Of a stretch of 64,000 nt of DNA, positions 1 through 11,337 are shown piece by piece. The stretch is from Phaeosaccion multiseriatum. Taxonomy: Eukaryota; Protista; Ochrophyta, other classes. The notes beneath the pieces are model-generated. The model did not search any database. It had not been told where the DNA came from and saw only the letters and a program-made list of their open reading frames with translations. Position numbers and translations under genes: made by a program. Numbering within the stretch: position 1 is the first letter of the stretch; every line of letters begins with the position of its first letter. The stretch spans positions 744,001 through 808,000 of the forward strand of contig OZ218958.1 of assembly GCA_965112735.1 (NCBI GenBank), read 5' to 3'.

Positions 1-2687
1 GAGAATGCGGTGAACGACTCAGTGTCCGCTTGGTATGGCGTCAGCGTGGGCAAGGCGGGGAAAGACGAGGAAGGCAGAGTCACCAAGCTGCGTCTGGGCG
101 GGGTGGGACTATCAGGTATCACGAGACCGCGAGAGTCACAGGAGCCGGGGCTGGGGCTGGGGCAGACACGACGAGAAGCTTTCCTTTACACCCTGGCTGG
201 GCTCACCATTCCCTGGCGTCTTTTCCTCTGTCCATACGCGGCACCCCCCCCCCCCCCCCCATCCGCTTGACCCTGCTGCTACTCTCCTCTGTCCCCTCCG
301 CCGCTGCCGTGCCTGCGCCCCTCCTCCCCTCCTGTCCGCCTCTCGACCAATGCCCCCGGAACGCACGCACACACATACCGTACACCCACACGCGCGCACA
401 CACACACACACGCGCGCATACACCCACTCAACCACACACAAACACACACAGGGCCTATTCCTGCGGTGTTGGCCGAGCTCACCTTCCTCAGTGAGCTGTA
501 CATGTACAAGAATGCCCTTTCTGGGCCCATTCCCCCCGATCTCTGCGCCATGCCGTCACTGCAGCTCCTCTACGTGGAGGGGAATCAGCTGTCGGGTTAG
601 TGCGTGGGGCTATGGCCAGTGTGTCGTAGAGTTGTATACTCTTGTCACTTTAACGGCCTATCGGGCCGTCTCTTCCTTCCTCTGTCTCTCTCTCTCCCTC
701 CCTCTCTCTCACACCCTCTCTCCTTCTCTCCCTCCCTCCCTCCCTCCCTCTCTTCCTCCCTCTCTCAGGGTCAATTCCAAGGAACATCAACTCCCTTCGC
801 AAGCTCCGAGAGATCAATGTCAGCCACAACGAACTCGATGGTAAGGATGCTTACAGTCTGTCTGCAAAGTGTGTGGAGGCGTCGGTTACATGTGGTCTGT
901 CTGTACAGTGGGCCAAGTGCATCGTTTGCGTGGGTGACACTCACTCCTTGCGAATGCACTTGAGGGACGCCATCTACTGCCATCTGTAGAACGATGATGC
1001 AAGCGTGAAGGCTCGTGCTGGCCTATCTTAGGGGTGATGTGTGCCCACTGCTCCCAGCTGAAACGCAAACTCCCCCCTGGGTGTCTCCGTGCCTGTCAGG
1101 TCCCATCCCAGAGGAGCTGGGAGACTGTTCGGAGCTGCGTCGGCTCGATCTCAGCCACAACACGTTCGAGGGTACGTAAGGTTACAAAAAGAATAGTTTC
1201 GAGGGAGGCTCTCCCTTGGTCATGCCACACGCCCCCCCACCCCCCAACCAGCACTGTCCGTCGCTGCTGCCGAAGGACGGAAGCCTACAGACAACCTACA
1301 CTACTCACATCGCTGCATCACCAACTGCTGCTGCTGCTGCTGCTGCGGCTGCGGCTTTCGAGCTCCGCGGCCTGCCACCCCCCTGCTCCCTCTGACGCCC
1401 GCACACATGCTGTGGACTGCCCCCGCCACGCTGGCGCTCTCCACTCACCCGTCTCCCCTCTTCCCCAGGCCACCTTCCGACGAAGTTAGGCCTTCTATCC
1501 AAAGTCAACTTCTTCTCCTTGGGAGCGAATCAGCTTTCAGGTGTGACGGTGTGTGTAGTGAAAGTAGCAATGCCTTGGTATGTATGTGTTTGTGTCGGCT
1601 TTGTGGTGTGTATGCATACGTGTGGCCGTGCTCGTGTATATCCGCATGTGCGTGTGTGTATGCGTCTGTGTGGCTCTCTCTCTCGGCGTGTGTGTGTGTG
1701 TGTGTGCGTACGTGTGTGCTGTGTGTGTGTGTGTGTGTGTGCGTGTGGGTGTGCACCCTCATGTCTGCGCCAGGGGCCCTTGATGCGTCAGTACAGTCGC
1801 AGAGGCACTTCGAAGCAGCATGTCTCATGTCTCATTCTGCCACTGTGGCCTTTCCTGCTCCTCCTCCCGCTGCTGCCGGACCCTGGTTACGGTTTCAGGC
1901 CCCATTCCGGCGTCCTTCGGAGGGCTCAAAAGCGCCACCTTTATCCTGCTGCAAGATAACAAGCTTTCAGGTCAGGGGAGTGTAAGGAGGCATCGTTTCT
2001 GTACACTTGACACACCACACACTTGCTTTCGTTCTCTCCTGATCAAGTACTCAATTCTTGCTCTACGCCTAAGCCTTGAGGCTAGTTGGTTGATACTGAA
2101 ACTCCCCCATCACTTTCATGACAACCCACCCACCCACCCCCACACCCCTGGTTGCAGGCATGATACCGAGGGGGATATCAGAGCTGACAAGGCTAAAGCA
2201 CCTCAACCTCAGCAAGAACGGCGCGCTCTGCCACAACCCGGGCCTCCTGACGACGGAGGAGGGCTTGGAGGCATGGCGGAAGGAGGAGAGAGAGCGGGCT
2301 GTGGAGGAGGAGAGGGTAGAAGCAGCAGCAGCAGCAGCAGCAGGAGGAGCAGCAGCAGCAGCGGCGGCGGCGGCGTCGGCGATAGAGGCAAAAGCAGTAG
2401 TAGTAGTAGCAGCAGCAGCAGCAGCAGAAGCAGTAGCAGAAGCCAAAGCGAGAGCCGCACCCATGTCACCTCTTGTCAACGCTGGGGAGGGGGAGGGGGT
2501 GCTCCTGAAAGAGGTCGGCAGTGCTGGCCCCTCCACGGCACAGGTGTCCCCACTGGACCCCGAAATTGCTCCCCTTGGTGTGGGGGAGAAGAATCACACG
2601 GCCATCGGAGGAGTTTCGGGGTCATCGACAGCAGCAGCAGTGGCGCCTCCTGTGGCGGGCAGTGGCGGGTGCTGTGTGTGCATGTAG
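1..2687 (+). CDS. Leucine-rich-repeat protein (plant-type 24-aa LRRs), 5' end outside window; C-terminal CaaX (GCCVCM*)
   Basis: Exons <1-115, 452-595, 769-840, 1100-1171, 1469-1540, 1899-1970, 2158-2687, all GT-AG and phase 1. Spliced: WYGVSV..GRVTKLRLGGVGLSG|PIPAVLAELTFLSELYMYKNALSGPIPPDLCAMPSLQLLYVEGNQLSG|SIPRNINSLRKLREINVSHNELDG|PIPEELGDCSELRRLDLSHNTFEG|HLPTKLGLLSKVNFFSLGANQLSG|PIPASFGGLKSATFILLQDNKLSG|MIPRGISELTRLKHLNLSKN..., matching LxxLxLxxNxLSGxIP. Confidence 0.92.
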
Positions 2688-3140
2688 GATGTGGCTGAAA
2701 TTGTAACGGCCTTGCATGCAGGAGACGTGGCTGATAACGGCCTTGCTCATCCAATGCCATCTGCGCCGTACCGCCCACATTCGGCTGATAGCTGCTGACA
2801 ACTGCTAATGGACGGGCCAGTAGTAGGTAGTCCGTACGCTTATACGAAAGCACCGATTTCTCTTGCAGCCTGGAAGACATGAACACGGTCAGATATGTGC
2901 ACACTTCATCTCTGAACCCGAGCTTTAACCTGCCAAAGTACATGTAGCCAAACAGTTAACAAGGTCTGCCGCAATGGAATTGAAGAGTCCGAATGGCCCC
3001 CGAGCAGTCGAGGCTGTGGCGTTGAGAGAAGAGGCTTGCTTTGCACTAGTTTTCATACAACTAACGGCTTCCTCTTACTTTATCTTACATGAGAATACAT
3101 GTACAGTCGCTTCTCTGACTCCTCTATTTTCCATTCCTTC

Positions 3141-3962
3141 TCAGTAGTCGCCATCCCAGCAAACAAAGCCAGCAAAAAAGGCCACATTGAGACACGCGAA
3201 AATCCGAAACCCCAGGGGGACTACTGTATCTACCCCGGCCTCCTTCTCCGCCCCATCCTGCTTCTCCTGCAGCTGCCGCTCGATGCCTTTCACCATTTCC
3301 TCCAACTTGAACGCAGCGGAGCGCAGTTCGGCGACGAGGGTTGATTTATCCGCATCTAAGAAGCGACCACCCTGGTGCTGATGCAGCTCCCTTTTGGCGT
3401 CCTGGAGAAGACCCCTCAGGCGCCCCGAGGCCTCGACAGCGGTAAACAGGCCAGGAGGCGAATCCCCCCTGCCGCCGCCTGACCCCCCCGCCCCCCCCTC
3501 TCCTCCTCCTCCTCCTCCTCCTCGTCGTCGTCCTTGCTCTTCTTCTTGTTTTGTGCCCAACAGCTCTATCTTCCCCTCCTCCTCCTCTCCTCCTCCCCCT
3601 CCCTCATGTTGCTGTTGCACCGGCTGCCCAATCGAAACCCTTCGGAGCGTCCATAGAAGATATAGTACAAGGTGGAAGAGTACCATCGCGATCCCCACAG
3701 CGATCGACAGGTAATCAAATTCATCGTCATCAAATTCACTGTCCACCAAATCTGGTATCCCTCGGCCCGTTAGAGTGCCGCCGCAAACACAGCCAATCAT
3801 GGCCAGAATGTCATGGAACAGCGTCGCCCCCAATTGAAACCTGAAAACCCAGGGCCCGATAGGCCAACGCTTCTGCTGCTTCGCCAACGTCCTACAAGCC
3901 ACACCAAGCCTCCCCTCTGTTTTTTTGATCGCCCTCATCCCCTCCTTCACCTCCATCATCAT
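3141..3962 (-). CDS. Hypothetical membrane protein, apparently intronless (273 aa)
   Basis: Single ORF with an in-frame stop two codons upstream of the ATG. Hydrophobic segments (LFHDILAMIGCVCGG; YLSIAVGIAMVLFHLVLYLLW; FRIFACLNVAFFAGFVCW) and a coiled-coil-like stretch. No family recognised. Confidence 0.6.
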   Translation of the reverse strand: MMMEVKEGMRAIKKTEGRLGVACRTLAKQQKRWPIGPWVFRFQLGATLFHDILAMIGCVCGGTLTGRGIPDLVDSEFDDDEFDYLSIAVGIAMVLFHLVLYLLWTLRRVSIGQPVQQQHEGGGGGEEEEGKIELLGTKQEEEQGRRRGGGGGGGEGGAGGSGGGRGDSPPGLFTAVEASGRLRGLLQDAKRELHQHQGGRFLDADKSTLVAELRSAAFKLEEMVKGIERQLQEKQDGAEKEAGVDTVVPLGFRIFACLNVAFFAGFVCWDGDY

Positions 3963-4358
3963 ATCTTATCCGCGATGCGCAGCAAAGCACAGCTGAGACG
4001 CAGCTCGACTCGGAACCTCTCTCGCTAGACACTAGCTCTCAATAAACTCTGGGCTTCCATCTTCTCTTCTGTTCAAGCGCTTCTCGCTCTTTTTTCCGCA
4101 AAAAGTTCTTCAAACCCCGGGGTGGACGGCATTTCTTGACTTACGTGTCGATGTGATCGTTACGCCCCCTAAACACCCTTTTGAGCTGTGAGTTGAGTGA
4201 GGTAGATAAGATAGAGCGCCAGGATAGCAGCAGACGATACGGGTGTGGGAAGGCCTTGAGACCACAAGAAGAGGGAGTAGCTTAGCCTTGAGGGGCAAGA
4301 AGGAAGGGAGGAGGAGGGGGGGGTGGGAAGGAAGGGGAAAAACCCAGGCTGCTCGACC

Positions 4359-6211
4359 ATGGACAGAGACGCATCTAACCTGTATCCCCGGAGCGTACCG
4401 TCGTCTCTACTGAAGTTCGATGCACCCATCTTCGCTGGCATTGAGAGTAATGGAGGCGCGCGGATGGGGGGGGGGGGCGCAGGGGGTAAGGGGAGGGTGC
4501 AAGGGGCGTCCCAGCTGGACGACATGCTCAACAGCATGCTGCCGCCGCGAGAGTGGACGGAGGAGACAGGGACTTGGATGCAGTACGTGAGTAAGGACCC
4601 CTCTACTCGGCAAGACGTCATTCGGTTACAGGAGCAGCTCGACACCAAGCTGATGGAGAGGCAGGCCAGGGAGACAGGAATCTGTCCCGTGAGGGAGGAC
4701 CTTTACTCTCAGGCCTTTGACGACCTCATCAGACAGGTATGTGTGAATTTGTGTGTGTGTGCGCGCGCGCGTGTGTGTGTGTGTAGGTACCAGTGCTAAG
4801 GTGTATTTGAAGCCAGTAGGAGCGTAAAAAGAGCCCTGCTTTCTCCCACTCCCCTCCATGCCAATTCAACGAGCACCAAGAGGGAGGGTCAGAGGGAGCC
4901 AGCGAAGCACCGCTTACCTACTGCCTCCGCGTTGCCCACTTTCACCGCTGGCATTTCACGCTATCCGTAAACACCTTCACTGGATTCTGCAAACAGGTGA
5001 CCATGGACGGGCCCGAGAGGGGGTTGCTCCTGTTGCGGGTGCGGGATGAAATCAGCATGACCATTGATGCGTACAAGACACTGTACGACAGCTCCGTCAC
5101 CTTTGGTATCAAGAAGCAGCTGCAGGTGTGAAGATATTGTAGGATTCAGTAGTCTATGTACCGTGCCTCGCATCTCCTCTCTCTGGTCTTTCTGTTTCGT
5201 TCTTCCTTCATTTGCACCAACTTGCTTCTCTCAATCTCTACCCCCCCCCCCTTCTTCCTCTCTCCCGCTCTCTCTCTCCCTCTCTCTTCCCCTCTCTCTC
5301 CCTGCAGGCAGAGGAGGGGATGGGGGAGATGCAGGAGGAGATTGAAGAGCTGGACACGGCCAAAGCGGCCCTAGAGCACGAGGTGAGCTGCAGCAGCTGG
5401 CTGTACAGTTGGGAGATGAGGATTTTTGACATAGTGGACATGATGGCAATTACGACTGCAGCGTACACTGTGCGGTGTCTGTGGTGATGATGGAGTGGTG
5501 GTGGCGCTCATCCGGCTCAGTGTTGCAAGAATGAATGTGTTTTCAGCTTCATAGGTATTTTTGGGCATGGAAGGGAAAGGGCGTGACGCACACTTTCCGG
5601 GGAGAGACGATTCCCCCCCTCTCACTCACTCACTCACTCACTCACTCACTCACTCACTCACTCACTCACTTACCTTCTCTCACTCACTCACAACCACTCC
5701 CATTCCCCTCTCATTCCATCTCATATACTCACTTACACGCTCACTTACACGCTCACTTCCTCACTCACTCACTCATTCACTCATTCATTCACTCATTCAC
5801 ATACTCATTCACTCATTCACTCATTCACTCACTCACTCACTCACTCACGCACTCACGCACTTACCTCCCCAACCACCCATTCACCCACCCACCCACTCAC
5901 CCGCCCTCCACCAACCCACTCATCCACCCACCCACCCACCCACTCACCATCCCACCAACAAACCCCACCCACGCCACCCACGCACCCATTGACCACGCCC
6001 ACCCACGCGCGAACGCACGTACTCTCTCGCCCCACTTGATGTCCGCCCGCAGGTGAACGAGTTGCGCAACAAGGTGGAGGTGACAGAGAAGCGCGAGAAC
6101 GAGCGACGCGCCGTGCTGGACAAGAAGCGCAAGGAGGAGCTAGACTTCCTAAAGTACCAGGGGCAACACCTCGACTCCTTCCTGAAGCAGATCGGAGGGG
6201 GCAAGTCATGA
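4359..6211 (+). CDS. DNALI1: Axonemal inner-arm dynein light intermediate chain p28
   Basis: Four exons splice to ..LNSMLPPREW..RQDVIRLQEQLDTKLMERQARETGICPVREDLYSQAFDDLIRQ|VTMDGPERGLLLLRVRDEISMTIDAYKTLYDSSVTFGIKKQLQ|AEEG..|VNELRNK..EELDFLKYQGQHLDSFLKQIGGGKS*, the p28/DNALI1 signature. Confidence 0.95.
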
Positions 6212-6429
6212 GCGTGGCGGTGGGGAGTCAGTCCGCTTACTAAGTTGGAGTGAGTGAGTGAGTGAGTGAGTGAGTGAGTGAGTGAGTGAGTCAGTCAGTC
6301 AGTCAGTCAGTCAGTCAGTCCGTCAGGACGTCAGTCTGGCAGGCAGTCAGGCATGTAGTCAGCCAGTTGATCAATAAGGTGATGATTGCACCCCGTCTTT
6401 TTTTCCATATCCTAAATATCTCTAATAAT

Positions 6430-6479
6430 CGACCCCTGACGCACTATCGCCCACATTCTCGATAGCGGATAGTGCGTCA
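6430..6479. repeat. Palindromic dispersed element, copy A
   Basis: TGACGCACTATC (6437-6448) and GATAGTGCGTCA (6468-6479) form a perfect 12-bp inverted repeat, preceded by CGACCCC. The core CTATCGCCCACATTCTCGA is identical to 8941-8959. Confidence 0.75.
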
Positions 6480-6507
6480 AACTGGAAGTGTGTGTCAGCG
6501 GTCGAAG

Positions 6508-7469
6508 ATGGAAGGGTTGGTGCTCCAATCACATCACAACTGGGTGTGTTGCTTCTGCTATCCTGGTCTGCTCCTCCCCTCCCCTCATGACGCGTTCTTA
6601 AAACGCTACTGCTGCTGGACCATGCTCTTGGAGCTCGTCAACTCGCTGGGGTGGACTTTTCTGGGCACGGAGGTGCTGGTGAGAGGCAAGAGCGTCGCTC
6701 TCCATCGCTCCCTCCAAGTGCTCCTCCTTACCCTCCTCACGTGCAACATCTTGCTGTCGGACACTGTGCTGTCCTGGATGGGGGGGGGTGAAGGCACACG
6801 CAGTAGCAGCACAAGCGACGGCGGCAGAGCGGGAGGAGGAGGAGGGGCAGAGGGGCAGGTCGAGGGAGGAGGAGGAGGAGGGCGGGGTGGTTCCTCCTCC
6901 TTCCTCTCAATCCTCCTCTCTCCTCTTCGCAGGGTGGGCGCTGTAAAGCGGGGCCTCCAATCGCTTCTCTCAACCCTTGGAGACTGGTTAGGGCACCGCT
7001 TTCTCATCACGCTGGGGGGTGCGCCCATCCTCATCACCCTCATCTTCGGTCTTTGCCTCAGCAGAGGCTACAGCGCTCGGCTGTGGCCGCATGGTGTGTC
7101 TCTTGGGGTATTTGTTACCGCCATACTGTACAGTCTCCTCTGGATGCTCGGCGTGGGCGGGAGCGGGGCGGGTGGAGCCGGCGCCGCTCACCCTGCTGTG
7201 CTCATGGCCTGCCTCGTGTCGCTGAGCTTTGGCCTCTTGTGCTTCTGGGACGTCCGCCGCTTCAAACACATCACCGCCGTCGACTTTCTCATTCAGGTGC
7301 GGCCCATGGTTTCCTTCTGATGTGGGCGTCTGGGCAAAGGCTCGGTAGGCAATGGGCTAGCTTTTTTTTTAGCGCTGTTACGTTTGGGTAGGGAAGTAGG
7401 CGCGCTGGCTACCATTTTTGTTTGTTCTTTCACCTCTGTCTAACAACACTGCCTAAATGTTCTCTCCCT

Positions 7470-7506
<37 letters not shown>

Positions 7507-7984
7507 ACACACTCACCCGCTCACCTACTCACTCAATCACTCACTCGATGTCTCCCTATCTTTGCACTCTCTCTTTTTGTCTCTTTCTCACATCTTCTCT
7601 CTCTTGCTCGCTCACCCACCCACCCACCCACTCACCTACTCACCCCACCTCTCGCTCGTCCTCCCTCCCCCCATCAACCAGGCGGCCCTCTCCTTCGTAT
7701 TCCTCCTCCCCCTCCTCCCGTGGATGGCGGTGCTCATCAGCACAGTCTTTTTTATCTTCGTCAAGTTGCTCGAGTTTGTTCACGTTGACCCCCACATCCT
7801 CAACTCATCCATCTACTACGGCACGCTGTACGGACCCTTTGTGTCTGTGTACTGGGATATCAAGCGACGCTGCAGTAGTCGAGAGAGTCTGGCGGGCCAG
7901 CTACCCACCACCTCGGCAAGTGCGGCAGCTGCTGCGGAAGCTCGCGCGACCCGACAACAAGGAGGGGGTGACAAGCAAACGTGA
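6508..7984 (+). CDS. Uncharacterised multi-pass membrane protein (2 exons)
   Basis: Exon 1 6508-7297 ends ..VDFLIQ|GT; exon 2 from about 7682 reads AALSFVFLLPLLPWMAVLISTVFFIFVKLLEFVH..IYYGTLYGPFVSVYWDIKRR..*. Several TM-like segments; the intron is SSR-rich like the others in this window. Confidence 0.75.
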
Positions 7985-8934
7985 GGGAGAGGGACTCATG
8001 CGAGAGAGCAGAGAGCAGAGGGCAGAGAGTAGCACAGAGGAAAGAGTGGGACCCCAAACTGTGCACGGTGTGGGCGTCCGTCTTTCTTGGGTTTCAACTG
8101 AATCTCTTCGTTCTACTACAAAAGTGGCTTAGTGATGGCTGTGTCACTGCCACCTGCTTCCCAAGGGAGGCCTCTCTCCGGAGAGAAGGGCTCTCCGCTG
8201 CACTGCCTTTTTCGACGGGGCTGAGGTCTCTTGTGTGCTGTTGGGCTACTCCTGCGCAGGCGCAAATGGCAGAAGCAAGTTTGATTCATCGGCCCGCATC
8301 TGCGTGGCATCGAGCCATGAGGCGTGCATAGGAGAGCAAGATTGATCCATCGACCCATCATCTGCTGGCGATGGAGCCACCCCCCCCCCCCTCGAAAGGC
8401 AGCAGCTAGAAGAAGCCAAACAGTCCAGCCAGAAGTGGAGGAAGGAAGAGTTGGGAGGTTTTCATCCTGCCAGTGGATACTCCGTTGCAAGCGACAAGCG
8501 GAGGGCAGACAGGGAGTGGCATGTGCTGCTACCGCTGCCCGGGACCAGTCCACAAGGCGAGGCCGACTTTCGGAACGATGGCACTTCACGGTGTACGTAC
8601 GATAGAGGGGGGGCTTTGGAGGAAGGGGCAGCCAGCTTAGGCGATGGAAAACGCCGCAATAGAGCGACGCCTCGGCGTGTACTTGGAACCCTTCGGAGAT
8701 GGGAGGGAAGGTGTGGTATGCACGGAGAGAGTTCCCTCCCCTCCGGCAGCGCTACCCGCATGCCATTCGGGCAGTCTCTGCTCTGGAGGGGTCTCGTTGT
8801 TTGCCACCCGCCGCCAAGGGCTGACTCTCAAGGGTCTGACCAGAAGCCGCCGAAGGGGAGGGGTGGGGGCGGGGGCTGTAGTTCTTTGGCCTCCCAGCAG
8901 TAGAGCAGCGCTGATTGAAAGGAGGAGATTGATT

Positions 8935-9097
8935 AACGCGCTATCGCCCACATTCTCGACAACGCGCTATCGGCCGCCGGCCGATAGCGGATAGCGGATC
9001 GGCTGGCGCCGGCGATAGCGCATAGCGCGCCGACTGGCGCCGGCGATAGCGGATAGCGTACCGGCGATAGCGGATAGCGGATAGTGTGCAGGGGTCG
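8935..9097. repeat. Palindromic dispersed element, copy B (GATAGCG-rich, ends CAGGGGTCG)
   Basis: 19-bp identity with 6444-6462; near-perfect palindrome CGCTATCGGCCG-C-CGGCCGATAGCG at 8965-8989; repeated CCGGCGATAGCG(GATAGCG); terminal CAGGGGTCG at 9089-9097. Confidence 0.75.
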
Positions 9098-9400
9098 CGC
9101 CGAAAAAAAAAAAAAGAAAAAAAATTGAATTGAATTTGAAGATGAAACCGAAAAACCGACCTGAAACTTCGAACTGTTTTCTTTTTTTTTCTAAGCAGAC
9201 GAGCGACTCCACAAACAAAAAAACAAGCATACAAGACAAGAACAGAAAGACAAGAACAAGAACGCGCGACCGCACCACCAACACACAACAAGGAAGGAGA
9301 AGAAGAGTGCTGAGACACGCCAGACTAGAGACAACGCAGGCGCGTGCGGACAGAAGGACGAAGAACCAAATACCCCAACTTCAAGTCAGTTGTTGAACAG

Positions 9401-10808
9401 ATGAGTGTCGTGATGACCGAGGCCCCCGTCTGCGACGCGGGGACTAGACTTCACTCGCCCAGTGCCATGCTAATGAAGCTCACCGACATCGACCACATGA
9501 ACGACTTCAACGGTTAGTGTAGGGGGGCAGAATGAGGGAAAGAAAGGGGGAACTATATGAGCCTAGCCCTCTTGACTCATTTCACTATCCCTCCTCGTCC
9601 GTCCCTCGGGAACCCATGGCCCACGGTGTCCTGGATCCCATATTGTTGCTGCTGCTGCTGATTCTGCCGCTGCAGACGTCGTTCACTTCCTGAAGATTTA
9701 CTTGGACGACATCGTCAACGAGTAAGTAGCTCAACTCTTGTATGAGCAGTCTTCTGGCGTTGTTCTCTCCTCTTCTTCCTCTTGTATCTTTCGGCTGTCT
9801 TGTATCCTTCGTATCTCTTGCTCTCGGACATGCTTCCTTCTCCCTCTCTGCTCAGCCTCAGCCTCCTCGTGTGCTTTCTCGCCGCAGGATCTTCATTTCC
9901 CCCGCAAGATCTTTTTCTGCTTTTTTTCCCTTTTGCTTGCTCAACCTCCTCGGCCGTGTGCTTCCCCACTGCAGTATCCCCTCTCTTTCTCTCTCTCTTC
10001 TCTACCCTCTCCTCTCTTACTCCAGCATCTAACCCCCCCCCCCCTTCTTCGCCTCTCTCTGTCATTGCCGTATCTTTCTCAAATTCTCTCTTTACCCCCT
10101 TCCTCCCTCACCCCCCCCCGATCTCTCTCCACCCCTTCTTCCTCTCGCCATGAACATCACCACAGGGTGCACGGCTTCCACAAGCTTCTCATCGACGACG
10201 GAAAGGTCCAGCTGAACTGCCCCCCCGTCCCGGAGGACCGCGACACCCATGGCGGGCTCCTTATCCGCACCATCAGCGAGGGAGAGGAGAAGGCTGGAGG
10301 AGGCCTCCGTCTCAAGAGAGAGTAAGTAGCTGGCCTGTTTGTCTGTCTGCGGGGGAACGGGCGGTGGTAGCTAAGGTAGCCTGCTGCAAGGGACGTCATC
10401 ACAGTCAGTCACAGTGGCACAAGAGTGTGGTAAAGGAGCTGCTCCTACTGCTGCTCCTGCTGCCCGTTCTTCCTTTCCAACGCGGTAAAGCTTCTGCAGT
10501 ATACACACATCTCGACGTCCTTTGTACTTGGTCCTGACTCGCGCTTGCCTCCTCCTGCCTCTTTGCTTCCGCCCTCCATCCTCCTACTACACCACTCCTA
10601 CCACTCCTCATCCTCCTCACCCCCACCCTCCACCCCCTTCAGGTTTAAGGTGCATGACCTTGGCGAGGTAGAGCACCAAGACGACCACTCCCTGCACCGC
10701 ATCGAAGTGAGGTGCGACGTTGTCGCCGCCCCGGAGGAGGAGGGCGGGCCCATGATTGAGAAGGAGGAGAAGGTCGTGTTTCAGCTCAGGCGCCACAAGA
10801 CCAGGTGA
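9401..10808 (+). CDS. Small uncharacterised globular protein (4 coding exons)
   Basis: Phase-consistent splicing gives MSVVMTEAPVC..LMKLTDIDHMNDFN|DVVHFLKIYLDDIVNE|VHGFHKLLIDDGKVQLNCPPVPEDRDTHGGLLIRTISE..LKRE|FKVHDLGEVEH..RIEVRCDVV..VFQLRRHKTR*. Strong donors (GTTAGT, GTAAGT twice); GC3-rich codons. Confidence 0.78.
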
Positions 10809-11337
10809 AGAGAGACTCTTCTCTCATCTCAGCTCATCTTAGTACAGCACCCAAGGCGCTACTGCTGCTACTACTACTGCAACGATGGGTTTACGTCCGC
10901 CTGGACTTGGCTTTCCACGGGGCCGGGGAGCGAGGGCTATTCATATATATAGTATATTGTGGTTTGGTTTGGTTTGATAGAAGAAAGTGAACAAAAAAAA
11001 GGCAGGAAGTCAAGTACAGCCGCGAGGTAGTGGTAAAGGATTGGAAGAAGGAAGAATAGGGAAAAAAGTACAAAAAAAATATTATAGTTTAATAGATTTG
11101 TTGTTGATGGGGATGTTTCTTCTTGCTTGTCCCGCAGCTGCGACCGCAGAAGAGCTTCGGAGAGCTGCTACCGAAGAAGAGCTTCTGTGTAGGGGGAGGG
11201 GGACCAGAAGAAGGGAGAAAAAAGAAAAAAGAAAAAACAAAATGATGGTTTCCGCGTCGGTACTTTGGTTTGTTTGACCCCTCCCCCGTCCCCCTCCCAC
11301 TCCCGCCGCAAAAGAGAAGCGGCAAGAGAGAGAAGAG

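Noticed and set aside
8000-8930. Gene between the membrane protein and element copy B
   Set aside because: Overlapping short ORFs on both strands with no coherent exon chain; only a degenerate duplication of about 40 bp (about 8275-8318 vs 8336-8379) is evident.
6430-9097. Intact gene-carrying TIR transposon (Pack-type) around the membrane-protein gene
   Set aside because: The inverted match is short and imperfect, no target-site duplication is visible (..TAATAAT / CGCCGAA..), and no transposase is present; kept only as a dispersed-repeat finding.
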